From sequence record ON286972: DNA of 64,000 nt. One strand, written 5' to 3'. The notes under the pieces are model-generated. The model was given only the letters and a program-made list of their open reading frames with translations, ran no database searches and had not been told where the DNA came from. Position numbers and translations under genes: made by a program. How positions within the stretch are numbered: the first letter of the stretch is position 1; every line of letters starts with the position of its first letter. The stretch comes from Escherichia phage A4. Below, piece by piece: positions 33,982 to 42,566 of the stretch.

Positions 33982-34245
33982 ATGAGTACTATCAATGCAT
34001 TCAAGCACTTAGACAAAGGTATCAAACACTTTGATGTTGAATGTTTAAATTCAGGTATGAATCGTTTAGTACAAATTTACATGAAATCGTTTATAGGTAT
34101 TGACAGTGCACGACTACCAGTATATAATTACTTTATTGAAAGCGTAGAAGGTGAATCACTTCGTGATTATGGTGAAAGATTTAATAAGAAAGTTTTCACT
34201 GCAATAGCAAATGAGATTCATTACTATAAACCCTATGTAATTTAA
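33982..34245 (+). CDS. hypothetical protein (87 aa)
   Basis: Track ORF 33964..34245 trimmed to ATG 33982 after AGAGGAAA. Confidence 0.45.
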   Translation: MSTINAFKHLDKGIKHFDVECLNSGMNRLVQIYMKSFIGIDSARLPVYNYFIESVEGESLRDYGERFNKKVFTAIANEIHYYKPYVI

Positions 34246-34259
34246 TTAGAGGAACTATC

Positions 34260-34427
34260 ATGCAAATCATTATCTTAATCGTTGGTATCGGTTTGGGCAT
34301 CTATGGACATTCATGGGTAACTGAGAAGTTTCCTGACACCCGTCCAGATTACTGTACAACTAAAACAGAAAGTACTGAAAGTATTGGAACTAAGATCGAT
34401 AAAGTAATCGAGGTGATTAAACAATGA
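34260..34427 (+). CDS. small membrane protein (55 aa)
   Basis: Not in track; AGAGGAA RBS; hydrophobic MQIIILIVGIGLGIYG; followed by two 26-27 aa hydrophobic micro-ORFs at 34424..34504 and 34727..34810. Confidence 0.35.
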   Translation: MQIIILIVGIGLGIYGHSWVTEKFPDTRPDYCTTKTESTESIGTKIDKVIEVIKQ

Positions 34428-34515
34428 TGAAACTTAATATATTTCTGGTTGTATTCACTGTCGTTGTTATCGGTATTGGTGCACTGGCATATATCCAACC
34501 TTAAAGGAAAAATAA

Positions 34516-34716
34516 ATGTTTAAATCGAATACAAATGTTGGTAAGCAGGTTCAATTACTTGAAGACGTATCCACTATGAGTGGAACCTTCACTAAAGGTC
34601 ACATCATGACTATTATTGCCGAAACATCCCGTGGCTGGGACTTGGAAGATGCTGATGGTAATCGCATCCTTGAGGCTGGCTTCTATGGTCATCGTGAATA
34701 TAAAATTATCGATTAA
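34516..34716 (+). CDS. hypothetical protein (66 aa)
   Basis: ORF track; AAAGGAAA RBS. Confidence 0.45.
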   Translation: MFKSNTNVGKQVQLLEDVSTMSGTFTKGHIMTIIAETSRGWDLEDADGNRILEAGFYGHREYKIID

Positions 34717-34812
34717 GGATATAACATGATGTTAGAGGCTATCGTTGGTATTATTAGTTTAGTCGTCTGTGTAGGTTGGTTTGGGTATCTGATGATTTTT
34801 GGCGATTAATAC

Positions 34813-34840
34813 TTGACATAAGATATCAGTACTGTATAAT
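34813..34840 (+). promoter_or_regulatory. sigma70-type promoter
   Basis: TTGACA-N16-TATAAT with cagtactg spacer. Confidence 0.55.
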
Positions 34841-34884
34841 GTTTATATCAACGACACCCACTTTAACAAATAATAGGAAATATT

Positions 34885-35163
34885 ATGTCTTTTACCAAAG
34901 AAGAACGTGACCTTATTAAAAAAGCAATCTGGTTTTATGCTAATGAAGGGGAGTGCGATGAAGAAAAAGCACGTGAACTGTGTAATATCCTTGAGCAGAA
35001 ACAAGAACTGAAAGTTTATCGTATCCGTGTTTTGGATGACGGGGATCGTATTGTCCTAGCTGAAACAAAAGAAGAAGCAGAACAAATCTTCACTGATAAA
35101 AACGAAAATCCACATTGGATGGAAGAAGTCTGTGAAGTAAAAAAAGGTACTTATATCGATTGA
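34885..35163 (+). CDS. hypothetical acidic protein (92 aa)
   Basis: ORF track; TGA stop sits inside the next -35 (TTGACT). Confidence 0.5.
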   Translation: MSFTKEERDLIKKAIWFYANEGECDEEKARELCNILEQKQELKVYRIRVLDDGDRIVLAETKEEAEQIFTDKNENPHWMEEVCEVKKGTYID

Positions 35164-35188
35164 CTGTACTGAATAATAGCAGTATAAT
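35160..35188 (+). promoter_or_regulatory. sigma70-type promoter followed by long leader hairpin
   Basis: TTGACT-N17-TATAAT, then 13-bp stem GGGAATGCAGTGA...GTCACTGCGTTCCC at 35200-35250. Confidence 0.5.
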
Positions 35189-35281
35189 GTTTATATCAAA
35201 GGGAATGCAGTGAAAGGAAAGACAGCATAATCGTACTCGTCACTGCGTTCCCGCCCTTTTAAATTAAATGAGGAATTAACT

Positions 35282-35590
35282 ATGTTTCAAACTAACACTC
35301 AAGGTTTTGTAATCATCGATTTGAATCAAAACAGCGGTTATTGGATGAAACCTACTGACGCATGTATGCAGTTTGATTTCTTAGGTTACAGAATTAGTGT
35401 AAGTACTGGTGCTTCTGTACTGCGTGGTGGTTGTATCGTTGAACATCTGGTAACTGATCCAGAAGGTCGTGAGTATGAAATCGCAGGTTCAGTACAAGAT
35501 GCCATTATGTTTGTATGTCAGCGTGAAATGAATGGTTCGAATTCAAATGCACTGACTCATGCTCTTTCTCAAGAAGTGGAGGTTCGTTAA
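35282..35590 (+). CDS. hypothetical protein (102 aa)
   Basis: ORF track; GAGGAA RBS. Confidence 0.5.
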   Translation: MFQTNTQGFVIIDLNQNSGYWMKPTDACMQFDFLGYRISVSTGASVLRGGCIVEHLVTDPEGREYEIAGSVQDAIMFVCQREMNGSNSNALTHALSQEVEVR

Positions 35591-35835
35591 TGAAATATAT
35601 TGTAGCAGTACTAATTGCTTTCCTACTCACTGCATGTGATGCTTCAACAAAAGAACGAACTGGTGAGTTTGTTTTACCAACTGAACTCAAAGAAGCAGGG
35701 TGTAAGATTTATCGTATGCAACAGGAAGGTGCAGGTGCAACTTTGTACACTGTTTACTGTCCTAATGCAAACACTACTACGTCTTATATGAGTGGTAAAG
35801 TTCGCGTGGATACATCTGTGGTTCATGGAGAATAA
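35590..35835 (+). CDS. small lipoprotein (lipobox LLTAC)
   Basis: ORF track; N-terminus MKYIVAVLIAFLLTAC. Confidence 0.5.
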   Translation: MKYIVAVLIAFLLTACDASTKERTGEFVLPTELKEAGCKIYRMQQEGAGATLYTVYCPNANTTTSYMSGKVRVDTSVVHGE

Positions 35836-35837
35836 CA

Positions 35838-36206
35838 ATGAGTCTTGATACTACTCGTTCGGCAAATATCTTGGAACGTTTGAATGATGAAGAATATCTT
35901 GCTAATGCAAAATATCAGCTTGAAAAACTCATTCGAAATGTAAAATATGTTGATATCACTACACAGCTTCCACTAGATGAATATCACAAGTTAAACGAAG
36001 ATATTGTATATCACCCAAATGAAATTTGGATTGAGTGGGAATCATGGACTCATTCGGTTCTCCGTATCGAAGGATATTGTGTGAAATATGAAAGTTCACC
36101 AGGTGATTTTACAAAAAAACTGTCGATATTGTGCACTGACACACATGAAATAGTTGAGGTGAATTTGAATCATATGAAGGGTTGCCGTTGGGGAGATGTT
36201 AAATGA
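35838..36206 (+). CDS. hypothetical protein (122 aa)
   Basis: ORF track. Confidence 0.5.
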   Translation: MSLDTTRSANILERLNDEEYLANAKYQLEKLIRNVKYVDITTQLPLDEYHKLNEDIVYHPNEIWIEWESWTHSVLRIEGYCVKYESSPGDFTKKLSILCTDTHEIVEVNLNHMKGCRWGDVK

Positions 36207-36478
36207 TTAAAAAACTCTTGACGGTGTTTGTTGTATTCTGTACAATGTTTCTTACAGCATGTAATGATGACGGCAGGTTCAGTGCAAAAGACTTAGTTCG
36301 TCAGGATTGTACATTCACAGGTAAGTCTTTTATTAACGAATATGAAATATGTACACAAGCAGGACGTATTTGTGGGGGTTGGGAAAAACGTCAGGAGCGT
36401 CTGTATGTATATGATTGTCCAGGACACCTCAACAAAGTACTAAGCACACACAAACTTGTTTATGATAAGGTTGAATAA
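36203..36478 (+). CDS. small lipoprotein (lipobox FLTAC)
   Basis: ORF track; N-terminus MIKKLLTVFVVFCTMFLTAC. Confidence 0.5.
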   Translation: MIKKLLTVFVVFCTMFLTACNDDGRFSAKDLVRQDCTFTGKSFINEYEICTQAGRICGGWEKRQERLYVYDCPGHLNKVLSTHKLVYDKVE

Positions 36479-36687
36479 TGACTACCAATGAAATGATGCA
36501 GGTTATTTGGAATAAAGGTTGTGATATTAAAATCACTAGTACTGATGTTCGTGTATTCAAAACTGAATACATGGAATACTTGGACCTTGATACTTATAAT
36601 AATATTGTATCAATTGAACACAAAGGTGCAGTACTGGAAACAATTGACGTTGTTCTCAAGAAAGCAACGGATTTATTGGGAGCATAA
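36478..36687 (+). CDS. hypothetical protein (69 aa)
   Basis: ORF track. Confidence 0.45.
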   Translation: MTTNEMMQVIWNKGCDIKITSTDVRVFKTEYMEYLDLDTYNNIVSIEHKGAVLETIDVVLKKATDLLGA

Positions 36688-36688
36688 G

Positions 36689-36835
36689 GTGAACAATAAA
36701 GAATGGGAAGAGTACCGCAAGAAGTGCCGAGAGTTTGATAAAGAACTCACTGGTACTGTGAACGCAGTAATGTGGGTATCTGCAATAATTGCAGTACTGG
36801 GACTGTTTGCAGTTATCATTAATAAGTTTTTTTGA
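36689..36835 (+). CDS. small C-terminally membrane-anchored protein (48 aa)
   Basis: Track ORF 36521..36835 overlaps upstream gene; trimmed to GTG 36689 after GGAG. Confidence 0.35.
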   Translation: MNNKEWEEYRKKCREFDKELTGTVNAVMWVSAIIAVLGLFAVIINKFF

Positions 36836-36844
36836 GGAATACAC

Positions 36845-37045
36845 ATGTTTACTTTATATCTAGCTGTAGTACTAACAAATGGTGAAATCACACGTACATT
36901 CGGTGATGGTGTATATAAAACACCTGAGCAGTGTTATTCTGCGACACACTGGCCTCGTGATGCTGGTGACGAAACTCGTACCGAATACAAATGTATGAAG
37001 GTCAAAGGTGACTTTGTTAACCTTAAGGTCATTGAGGTGAAGTAG
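36845..37045 (+). CDS. hypothetical protein (66 aa)
   Basis: ORF track; GAGGAA RBS. Confidence 0.45.
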   Translation: MFTLYLAVVLTNGEITRTFGDGVYKTPEQCYSATHWPRDAGDETRTEYKCMKVKGDFVNLKVIEVK

Positions 37046-37551
37046 TGAATCTTAGTACTGATAAGTTTGTAAAGTTCATAGAGTTTATCAATTTCAATGA
37101 GAGCTACAATGGTACGTACAATACTATGAATATTGTATCTGATAAAGTATTTGATAGTACAATGTTCTATTTGTATGATACAAACGGTGATAAGCTGTGT
37201 GATGTTACATTCGGTATTGGTGATCTTTTTGAATCTGCGGTTTATCTATCTAAACCAACGGTGCGTGATACATATGAAATTCACTTTCATAATAGACCGA
37301 ATCACAAAAACATTGTAGAATATGATATACCATCATCACACGAACTGTTCATTGTAGATTACAGTACTGAAGAGGGTGTATTTCAAAGTTCATTGCTATA
37401 CAACTTTGAACTACACGATCCTGATATTCCTAAAGTACTGGCAATTTCGAATAAGGTATGTGAATTGCCATATAACATATACATGTCAGTTCCTGGTAAA
37501 AGAGTAGGTAATTTCTGTAAAGCCTTTGACATACAAGCGGATGATAAATGA
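37045..37551 (+). CDS. FQ-motif paralog family protein
   Basis: ORF track (GTG start); TEEGVFQSSL. Confidence 0.55.
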   Translation: MNLSTDKFVKFIEFINFNESYNGTYNTMNIVSDKVFDSTMFYLYDTNGDKLCDVTFGIGDLFESAVYLSKPTVRDTYEIHFHNRPNHKNIVEYDIPSSHELFIVDYSTEEGVFQSSLLYNFELHDPDIPKVLAISNKVCELPYNIYMSVPGKRVGNFCKAFDIQADDK

Positions 37552-37772
37552 ACAGATACGTGATTGAATACGTGGGTATATCTGAATTTGATAACATTCG
37601 TGGCTATGAAAAGGTCATGAGTGAACGCACGATATATGTTAGGGGTCGCGATGAAGCCCATGTTCTCTCTTTACTGTTAAATGACCTGACAAAGTTCAAT
37701 ACAACAAAGACACAACGTTATATTGAAACAATTAAATCTATTAAACTTTTAGACGAGGATGATGAAGAATGA
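37548..37772 (+). CDS. hypothetical protein (74 aa)
   Basis: ORF track; ATGA overlap. Confidence 0.45.
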   Translation: MNRYVIEYVGISEFDNIRGYEKVMSERTIYVRGRDEAHVLSLLLNDLTKFNTTKTQRYIETIKSIKLLDEDDEE

Positions 37773-37981
37773 ATTTATATCTAGTAGAAGGTACAGTGCA
37801 GGTTTTCCGTTTTGATGGTGATCGTGGTATGCGTTTCTCACATGTTGAAGAATTTAAATTTGTCGTACATGCAGAAGGTGAGTACGAAGCTGAGATTAAA
37901 GTATCTGAATCCTTTGATAAGAAAGAAACCGTAGATGTACAGTATCAGCAACTACAATTTAAAGTGTGGCCTACGCTTTAA
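37769..37981 (+). CDS. hypothetical protein (70 aa)
   Basis: ORF track; ATGA overlap. Confidence 0.45.
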   Translation: MNLYLVEGTVQVFRFDGDRGMRFSHVEEFKFVVHAEGEYEAEIKVSESFDKKETVDVQYQQLQFKVWPTL

Positions 37982-37985
37982 AAAC

Positions 37986-38014
37986 TTGACACGCATGTAA
38001 AAAGCGAGTATTAT
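37986..38014 (+). promoter_or_regulatory. sigma70-type promoter
   Basis: TTGACA-N17-TATTAT. Confidence 0.5.
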
Positions 38015-38045
38015 ATCTGTATTATGAATTAACTGAGGAATACGT

Positions 38046-38711
38046 ATGCTCGCCAATTTAAGTTACATTATTAGTGATGATATGGTACAAAGTCGTGGGA
38101 TGTATCTTGAGAAAGTTCCATACGATAGCGATGGTATCAAAGGAACTTTATACGAAAGTCGTTTTGACAGAAAGCATCCATTCTGGGAAAAGGCTAATCT
38201 AACGGAAGAAGATAGTAATCGTTTATTTTGTGCTGTGCAGACACCTACACCTGGTATATTAGCGGGTTATGGTATAGATAAAGTCATTAACTTTATGACA
38301 GACTATGAAGTTATTGAACGTCTTCAATATATTAATACGAACAATGGTGAGTTCTATAATTCTGATGATTTTCTTGCTATGTGTAGTGCTTCATATGAGA
38401 GTGAATTATTGCCAAGTGGTAGACCATTCCCATTGTCAACACATTGTAATTCCCCTTACGGTGTAGCTGACAACTTACAGCAGATCCTTAAGAAACATAA
38501 GAATGTTCTTACATCTGAAATGGAAGTTGTTATTGGATTTCATCCAGTGTACAAGGAAGATCAACCTGAACATGGTGGGTGGCGTTGGCATAAGCACGGC
38601 ACATACATTGGTACTCATAAGAAAAAGCATGAGTACTTGTATGATGAAGAAGGTATTGATGTTGTTTATTGTTACGAACTAATCCCAGTAAAGAAAAAGG
38701 AAACACTATAA
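38046..38711 (+). CDS. hypothetical protein (221 aa)
   Basis: ORF track; GAGGAA RBS. Confidence 0.55.
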   Translation: MLANLSYIISDDMVQSRGMYLEKVPYDSDGIKGTLYESRFDRKHPFWEKANLTEEDSNRLFCAVQTPTPGILAGYGIDKVINFMTDYEVIERLQYINTNNGEFYNSDDFLAMCSASYESELLPSGRPFPLSTHCNSPYGVADNLQQILKKHKNVLTSEMEVVIGFHPVYKEDQPEHGGWRWHKHGTYIGTHKKKHEYLYDEEGIDVVYCYELIPVKKKETL

Positions 38712-38953
38712 TGTTAATTTTATACGTTGTACTGATTTTATTAGTTAACTTTTCTCCAACTATTTTAACTTTAGTATGGGGTAAATTTTATGATGCTGTA
38801 AAAGTATTTCTCTTGAATACTGCATGGGTATTGGTAAGTCTGACTCTTTATTGGTCTACTGATTGGATGATGATTGTGAGTCATATACTACTATATATTT
38901 CATTCCTAATGTTGTTCCAAGAAAAAGAAGTACTTGACAAACTTGAAGGTTAG
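38711..38953 (+). CDS. small integral membrane protein (80 aa)
   Basis: Track ORF 38669..38953 trimmed to ATG 38711 overlapping upstream stop. Confidence 0.45.
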   Translation: MLILYVVLILLVNFSPTILTLVWGKFYDAVKVFLLNTAWVLVSLTLYWSTDWMMIVSHILLYISFLMLFQEKEVLDKLEG

Positions 38954-38962
38954 ACCTATAAT
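38934..38962 (+). promoter_or_regulatory. sigma70-type promoter
   Basis: TTGACA-N17-TATAAT inside the 3' end of the upstream gene. Confidence 0.5.
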
Positions 38963-38985
38963 ATCCTTCTACTAAGGGGGATATT

Positions 38986-39246
38986 ATGGCAGTAGGTTTT
39001 GGTTCACCTGATAACCACCAAGAAACAATACAAGCAACAATTGATAATGCTATTGACTTTGCTCGCTCAAATCTGTATAGTGGTGAGTCTGAAGAGTACT
39101 GCATCGACTGTGACTGTGAGATACCAGAGAAGCGGAGGTTAGTACTGAAGGGTGTAAAACGATGTGTTCAGTGTCAATCAAAGGTTGACAAGGTATATCA
39201 AGAGCGTTATAATAGACGTGGAAGTAAAGACAGCCAACTCCGTTAA
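38986..39246 (+). CDS. TraR/DksA-family C4 zinc-finger protein
   Basis: CIDCDCEIPEKRRLVLKGVKRCVQCQ...YQER matches the TraR signature (CEACGNPIPEARRKIFPGVTLCVECQAYQER). Confidence 0.8.
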   Translation: MAVGFGSPDNHQETIQATIDNAIDFARSNLYSGESEEYCIDCDCEIPEKRRLVLKGVKRCVQCQSKVDKVYQERYNRRGSKDSQLR

Positions 39247-39266
39247 ATTAATATGAGGAACTACTA

Positions 39267-39599
39267 ATGTTATCATTTATTCTTTCTATCCCTTGTTTTG
39301 TTCTTCTTTTTGTATTACTTTTTGAAGCATTCCAGAAAGATGAAGAAGTTAAAAATGACCTACGTAAACTATTCAATCTGGATAGTCCAGTAGTTAGGAT
39401 CTTTTATGTTTTAGTATGTGTGTATGCGGTTGTGTGGCTATTGGGCTTTTTATTACCACTATCTACTGTACTTGCATGGATTTCCGTTGTTGAAAATTTA
39501 GTAGCTATTGTATGGTTTATTCAATGTTTGTTTAGTGGTTTGGTTTCTGATTGGATTTTCTTACTTAAAATGAAGTTTAAATCAAAATCTGATAAGTAA
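39267..39599 (+). CDS. integral membrane protein (110 aa)
   Basis: ORF track; hydrophobic helices. Confidence 0.5.
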   Translation: MLSFILSIPCFVLLFVLLFEAFQKDEEVKNDLRKLFNLDSPVVRIFYVLVCVYAVVWLLGFLLPLSTVLAWISVVENLVAIVWFIQCLFSGLVSDWIFLLKMKFKSKSDK

Positions 39600-39690
39600 T
39601 AACCAAGTACTCATATAAAATACAGAATAGTATTAAATACTTGTGTACTAGTTAAGTACGCAAGTATTTTTTTATTATTTTGAGGTTAAT

Positions 39691-40056
39691 ATGGGAAAGC
39701 TTACAATTATAATAGCCATGATAATGGCACTTAATGTTATGCCAGTTGAAGCTAACGAGGACGTTGCGTGGTTCGATTGCATAGGAAATGATGGACAGTG
39801 GCATACGTTTTCCAGTGATCCATATAATGGTACTGATATACTAATAGATGGTGAAAATTATCGTTTTGTTAGTGAAAGTAAAATTGGCAACAAAAAGGTA
39901 TCGACATTTAGAACTGATTCTGGTATAATTGCTAATGTCATAATGATAGTTGATCCTGAAAATAATACAGGGGATATATATGTAGTGGTTTACCGTGATC
40001 ATTCCAATAAAAGAAGTCTGGATCTTGATAAACTTCATTTACATTGTCAAATATAA
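39691..40056 (+). CDS. secreted hypothetical protein (signal peptide)
   Basis: ORF track; MGKLTIIIAMIMALNVMPVEA; paralog of 40442..40795. Confidence 0.5.
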   Translation: MGKLTIIIAMIMALNVMPVEANEDVAWFDCIGNDGQWHTFSSDPYNGTDILIDGENYRFVSESKIGNKKVSTFRTDSGIIANVIMIVDPENNTGDIYVVVYRDHSNKRSLDLDKLHLHCQI

Positions 40057-40070
40057 TTTAAGGTAAATCT

Positions 40071-40445
40071 ATGTTCAATAGTATCATTGGGTTCTCATTA
40101 GTACTTCCACAAATCATTTTTGGTATTTGTTTTGTAACTTTTATGATGGGGTCAATCTATGGTATATGGTATTACATTTTAAAACAATCAGATGGAATCA
40201 TTTTAAAAATAACAATGCATTTTGATGTGGATTCACCAGCATGGAATTCATCTATTATTACCAATACATTGTATTTTATGATGATCATTTTGGAACAATT
40301 GGGATTTGTATCTAATAGTAATGTTTCTATGACCGCAGGTATGGCAAGTATTTGTTGTTTGTGGTATATTGTTTATAAGATTGATGTGTTGTATAATATG
40401 TATCGTGAAATGGTATTGAACAGAGATATGCAGAGGAAAAAATGA
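40071..40445 (+). CDS. integral membrane protein (124 aa)
   Basis: ORF track. Confidence 0.5.
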   Translation: MFNSIIGFSLVLPQIIFGICFVTFMMGSIYGIWYYILKQSDGIILKITMHFDVDSPAWNSSIITNTLYFMMIILEQLGFVSNSNVSMTAGMASICCLWYIVYKIDVLYNMYREMVLNRDMQRKK

Positions 40446-40795
40446 TGAAAGTTATATTATTTTTTATGTGTATTATTATGTGTGGTGTCTCTTATGCTGC
40501 ACCCTTAGCCGGATTGCTTTGTAAAGAGAATTCTGAACAACACATATTCCAAGGGGATTCAGATGACCTTGATATCATTTACATCGATGGTACTGAATAT
40601 ACATACGTTAAAGACCATACTGTTGGTGATATCAGTTTCACTGAATATGCAAAAACAGGTGACACTGATTATAGAGCCTACCTTCAAGTGAATATGATAG
40701 AGGGTGAAGACGGAACACAAGAAGTCAAACTCGTACTTAAACGTATTGGAGATAAGGAGGCTGATTTTGGAGGTGAGTGTACATATGATGATTGA
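40442..40795 (+). CDS. secreted hypothetical protein, paralog of 39691..40056
   Basis: ORF track; signal peptide; shared DG.EY...G pattern. Confidence 0.5.
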   Translation: MMKVILFFMCIIMCGVSYAAPLAGLLCKENSEQHIFQGDSDDLDIIYIDGTEYTYVKDHTVGDISFTEYAKTGDTDYRAYLQVNMIEGEDGTQEVKLVLKRIGDKEADFGGECTYDD

Positions 40796-40803
40796 TTAAA
40801 AAA

Positions 40804-40836
40804 GGTTGACTAACGTCAGCCTTTTTTGTTATACTG
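40804..40836 (+). promoter_or_regulatory. terminator/promoter cassette (hairpin containing -35, T-tract, -10)
   Basis: GGTTGAC-TAAC-GTCAGCC hairpin, TTTTTT, TATACT; TTGACT -35 lies inside the stem. Confidence 0.55.
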
Positions 40837-40844
40837 ATCCCAAT

Positions 40845-40970
40845 ATGCTTGCATTTCTTCAAGTTGATGTATATGAAGAAAGTAATGGCGAACAGTATGT
40901 TAAACTTGTGATGATGCGTAAGGCAGCAAAACAGGCAACATTCGGTGGCTTGTGTAAATATGAGGACTAA
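40845..40970 (+). pseudogene. truncated copy of the C-terminus of the 40442..40795 gene family (41 aa)
   Basis: LQVDVYEESNGEQYVKLVMMRKAAKQATFGGLCKYED versus LQVNMIEGEDGTQEVKLVLKRIGDKEADFGGECTYDD. Confidence 0.4.
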
Positions 40971-40974
40971 ACAT

Positions 40975-41166
40975 ATGTTGATTTATCAATGTGATAACAT
41001 TCGTGTTATACAGCATCCCTACTTACAAATCTTTGATGTGCAGCAGTATATGGAAGGTGATGACCCAAGAACCTATGGTCGTAAGTATGATTACTTCACT
41101 GTAAAGCAGTGTCGTAACATCAAAGAAGTACGACAATTAGTTCAAGAACTTCAAAATAAAGGTTGA
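40975..41166 (+). CDS. hypothetical protein (63 aa)
   Basis: Track ORF 40945..41166 trimmed to ATG 40975 after GAGGA. Confidence 0.45.
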   Translation: MLIYQCDNIRVIQHPYLQIFDVQQYMEGDDPRTYGRKYDYFTVKQCRNIKEVRQLVQELQNKG

Positions 41167-41193
41167 CTTCGGTCAGCCTTTTTTGTTATAATC
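41161..41193 (+). promoter_or_regulatory. terminator/promoter cassette
   Basis: GGTTGAC-TTCG-GTCAGCC hairpin, TTTTTT, TATAAT; the TGA stop of the upstream gene is inside the hairpin. Confidence 0.6.
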
Positions 41194-41221
41194 ATTTCAT
41201 CTACTACTGGGGATTTTAATT

Positions 41222-41662
41222 ATGTATGTATATCGTTTTGAACTTAAATTCAGTTATATTGAACCTAACTTAGATCCTGCAAAAACAGTAGGACCGTTCG
41301 CACGGTACTCTTCGCGATACAGTACTAAAAATGGATTTGAACGTTTGTGTATGACTACACCTTCGCAATTCCAACCTGAGCCAACTGAAGATGGGATATA
41401 TTCAATCAAACGTGGCTGGGTATTTGGTTGTCAGAGTTTGAATGATTTGTTTAAGTTCTTTACTATGGACTTGGGTAAATTACATCGTGCAGGGTTCGCT
41501 GTATCAGTATATGAAGTTCCTGATAACCATGTAGACATTGGACATAACCAAGTGCAGTACTATTGTGGTAGTGCAAAACTACTTCGTATTATGTCAGTAA
41601 AGGAAGCTAAAGAAGAATTTCGTGCTACAAGATTTAATAAGGAAGAGATGGCATATGAATAA
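41222..41662 (+). CDS. hypothetical protein (146 aa)
   Basis: ORF track. Confidence 0.55.
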   Translation: MYVYRFELKFSYIEPNLDPAKTVGPFARYSSRYSTKNGFERLCMTTPSQFQPEPTEDGIYSIKRGWVFGCQSLNDLFKFFTMDLGKLHRAGFAVSVYEVPDNHVDIGHNQVQYYCGSAKLLRIMSVKEAKEEFRATRFNKEEMAYE

Positions 41663-42011
41663 AACATCAACACGATTTGCAAAGTACTTGAGTTATGAAA
41701 TACCACAAGATCCGTATTTCGACCAACGTGACGATGAAGATTACATAAAGTTAACTCGTGAACTACGAAATAAGTTCCAACAGATTTTAAGTTCATACAC
41801 TAATACACATCCACATTTAAAGTACTTCATTAAGGCAGATATAGATTCAGATGATTCTGAACTATCATTCCTTGAATACACAGTTGAGTGTGTTGGGTAT
41901 GTACCTGATAATAGTGTAATTAATCACAACAAAATAAAGTTCGACTTGTACGTTATTTGTGTTATAATGAACTTAATTGCACAAATGAACAACTATTCAA
42001 TAGGGGATTAA
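41655..42011 (+). CDS. hypothetical protein (118 aa)
   Basis: Track ORF 41622..42011 trimmed to ATG 41655. Confidence 0.5.
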   Translation: MNKTSTRFAKYLSYEIPQDPYFDQRDDEDYIKLTRELRNKFQQILSSYTNTHPHLKYFIKADIDSDDSELSFLEYTVECVGYVPDNSVINHNKIKFDLYVICVIMNLIAQMNNYSIGD

Positions 42012-42275
42012 ATGAAACTGAAATTGAACTATCATGGTTTTCGTCTGCGTGATGATGTGGAGTTCCTTCGTCGCACACCAGGTGCTGAATTGTTTTTAAC
42101 TGAAATGGGTGTCCCATTTAAAGTCGAGCACATTGGTGACAATGACTGCCTGGTATATGATAATCAACCAGATATCAACGTTCCGTGGTATTCTGAACAT
42201 ATGTACATTGATATGGCGGCTCGCTACAACTGTACGTTTGAAATTACATCTAAAGGTATTGCTATTCAATTCTAA
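42012..42275 (+). CDS. hypothetical protein (87 aa)
   Basis: ORF track. Confidence 0.5.
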   Translation: MKLKLNYHGFRLRDDVEFLRRTPGAELFLTEMGVPFKVEHIGDNDCLVYDNQPDINVPWYSEHMYIDMAARYNCTFEITSKGIAIQF

Positions 42276-42296
42276 TAGTCTGATGGACACGAGTAA

Positions 42297-42521
42297 ATGA
42301 AATACATGCTGGTGGCATTAATGTTTGTGAGCACTATAGTACAGGCCAGAATCAAGTACTTTGTGAAGTGTACAAACGTTAGCGGTGGCTACACAGAGAC
42401 ATATCAGGGTAAGTCGGTTAAGATGGCAATACACAATGATAGAGGAACAGTGATTTTCCTTGTGAATGATATAATCATTTTGTACAAACCAGATGTACCA
42501 TGTGAAGTAAAAAGATATTAA
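42297..42521 (+). CDS. small secreted protein (signal peptide)
   Basis: ORF track; MKYMLVALMFVSTIVQA. Confidence 0.45.
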   Translation: MKYMLVALMFVSTIVQARIKYFVKCTNVSGGYTETYQGKSVKMAIHNDRGTVIFLVNDIIILYKPDVPCEVKRY

Positions 42522-42527
42522 ACTACG

Positions 42528-42559
42528 GGGTTGACATAAGTCAGCCCTTTTGTATAATG
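42528..42559 (+). promoter_or_regulatory. terminator/promoter cassette
   Basis: GGGTTGAC-ATAA-GTCAGCCC, TTTT, TATAAT; -10 ends only 8 nt before ATG 42567. Confidence 0.55.
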
Positions 42560-42566
42560 GTGACTT

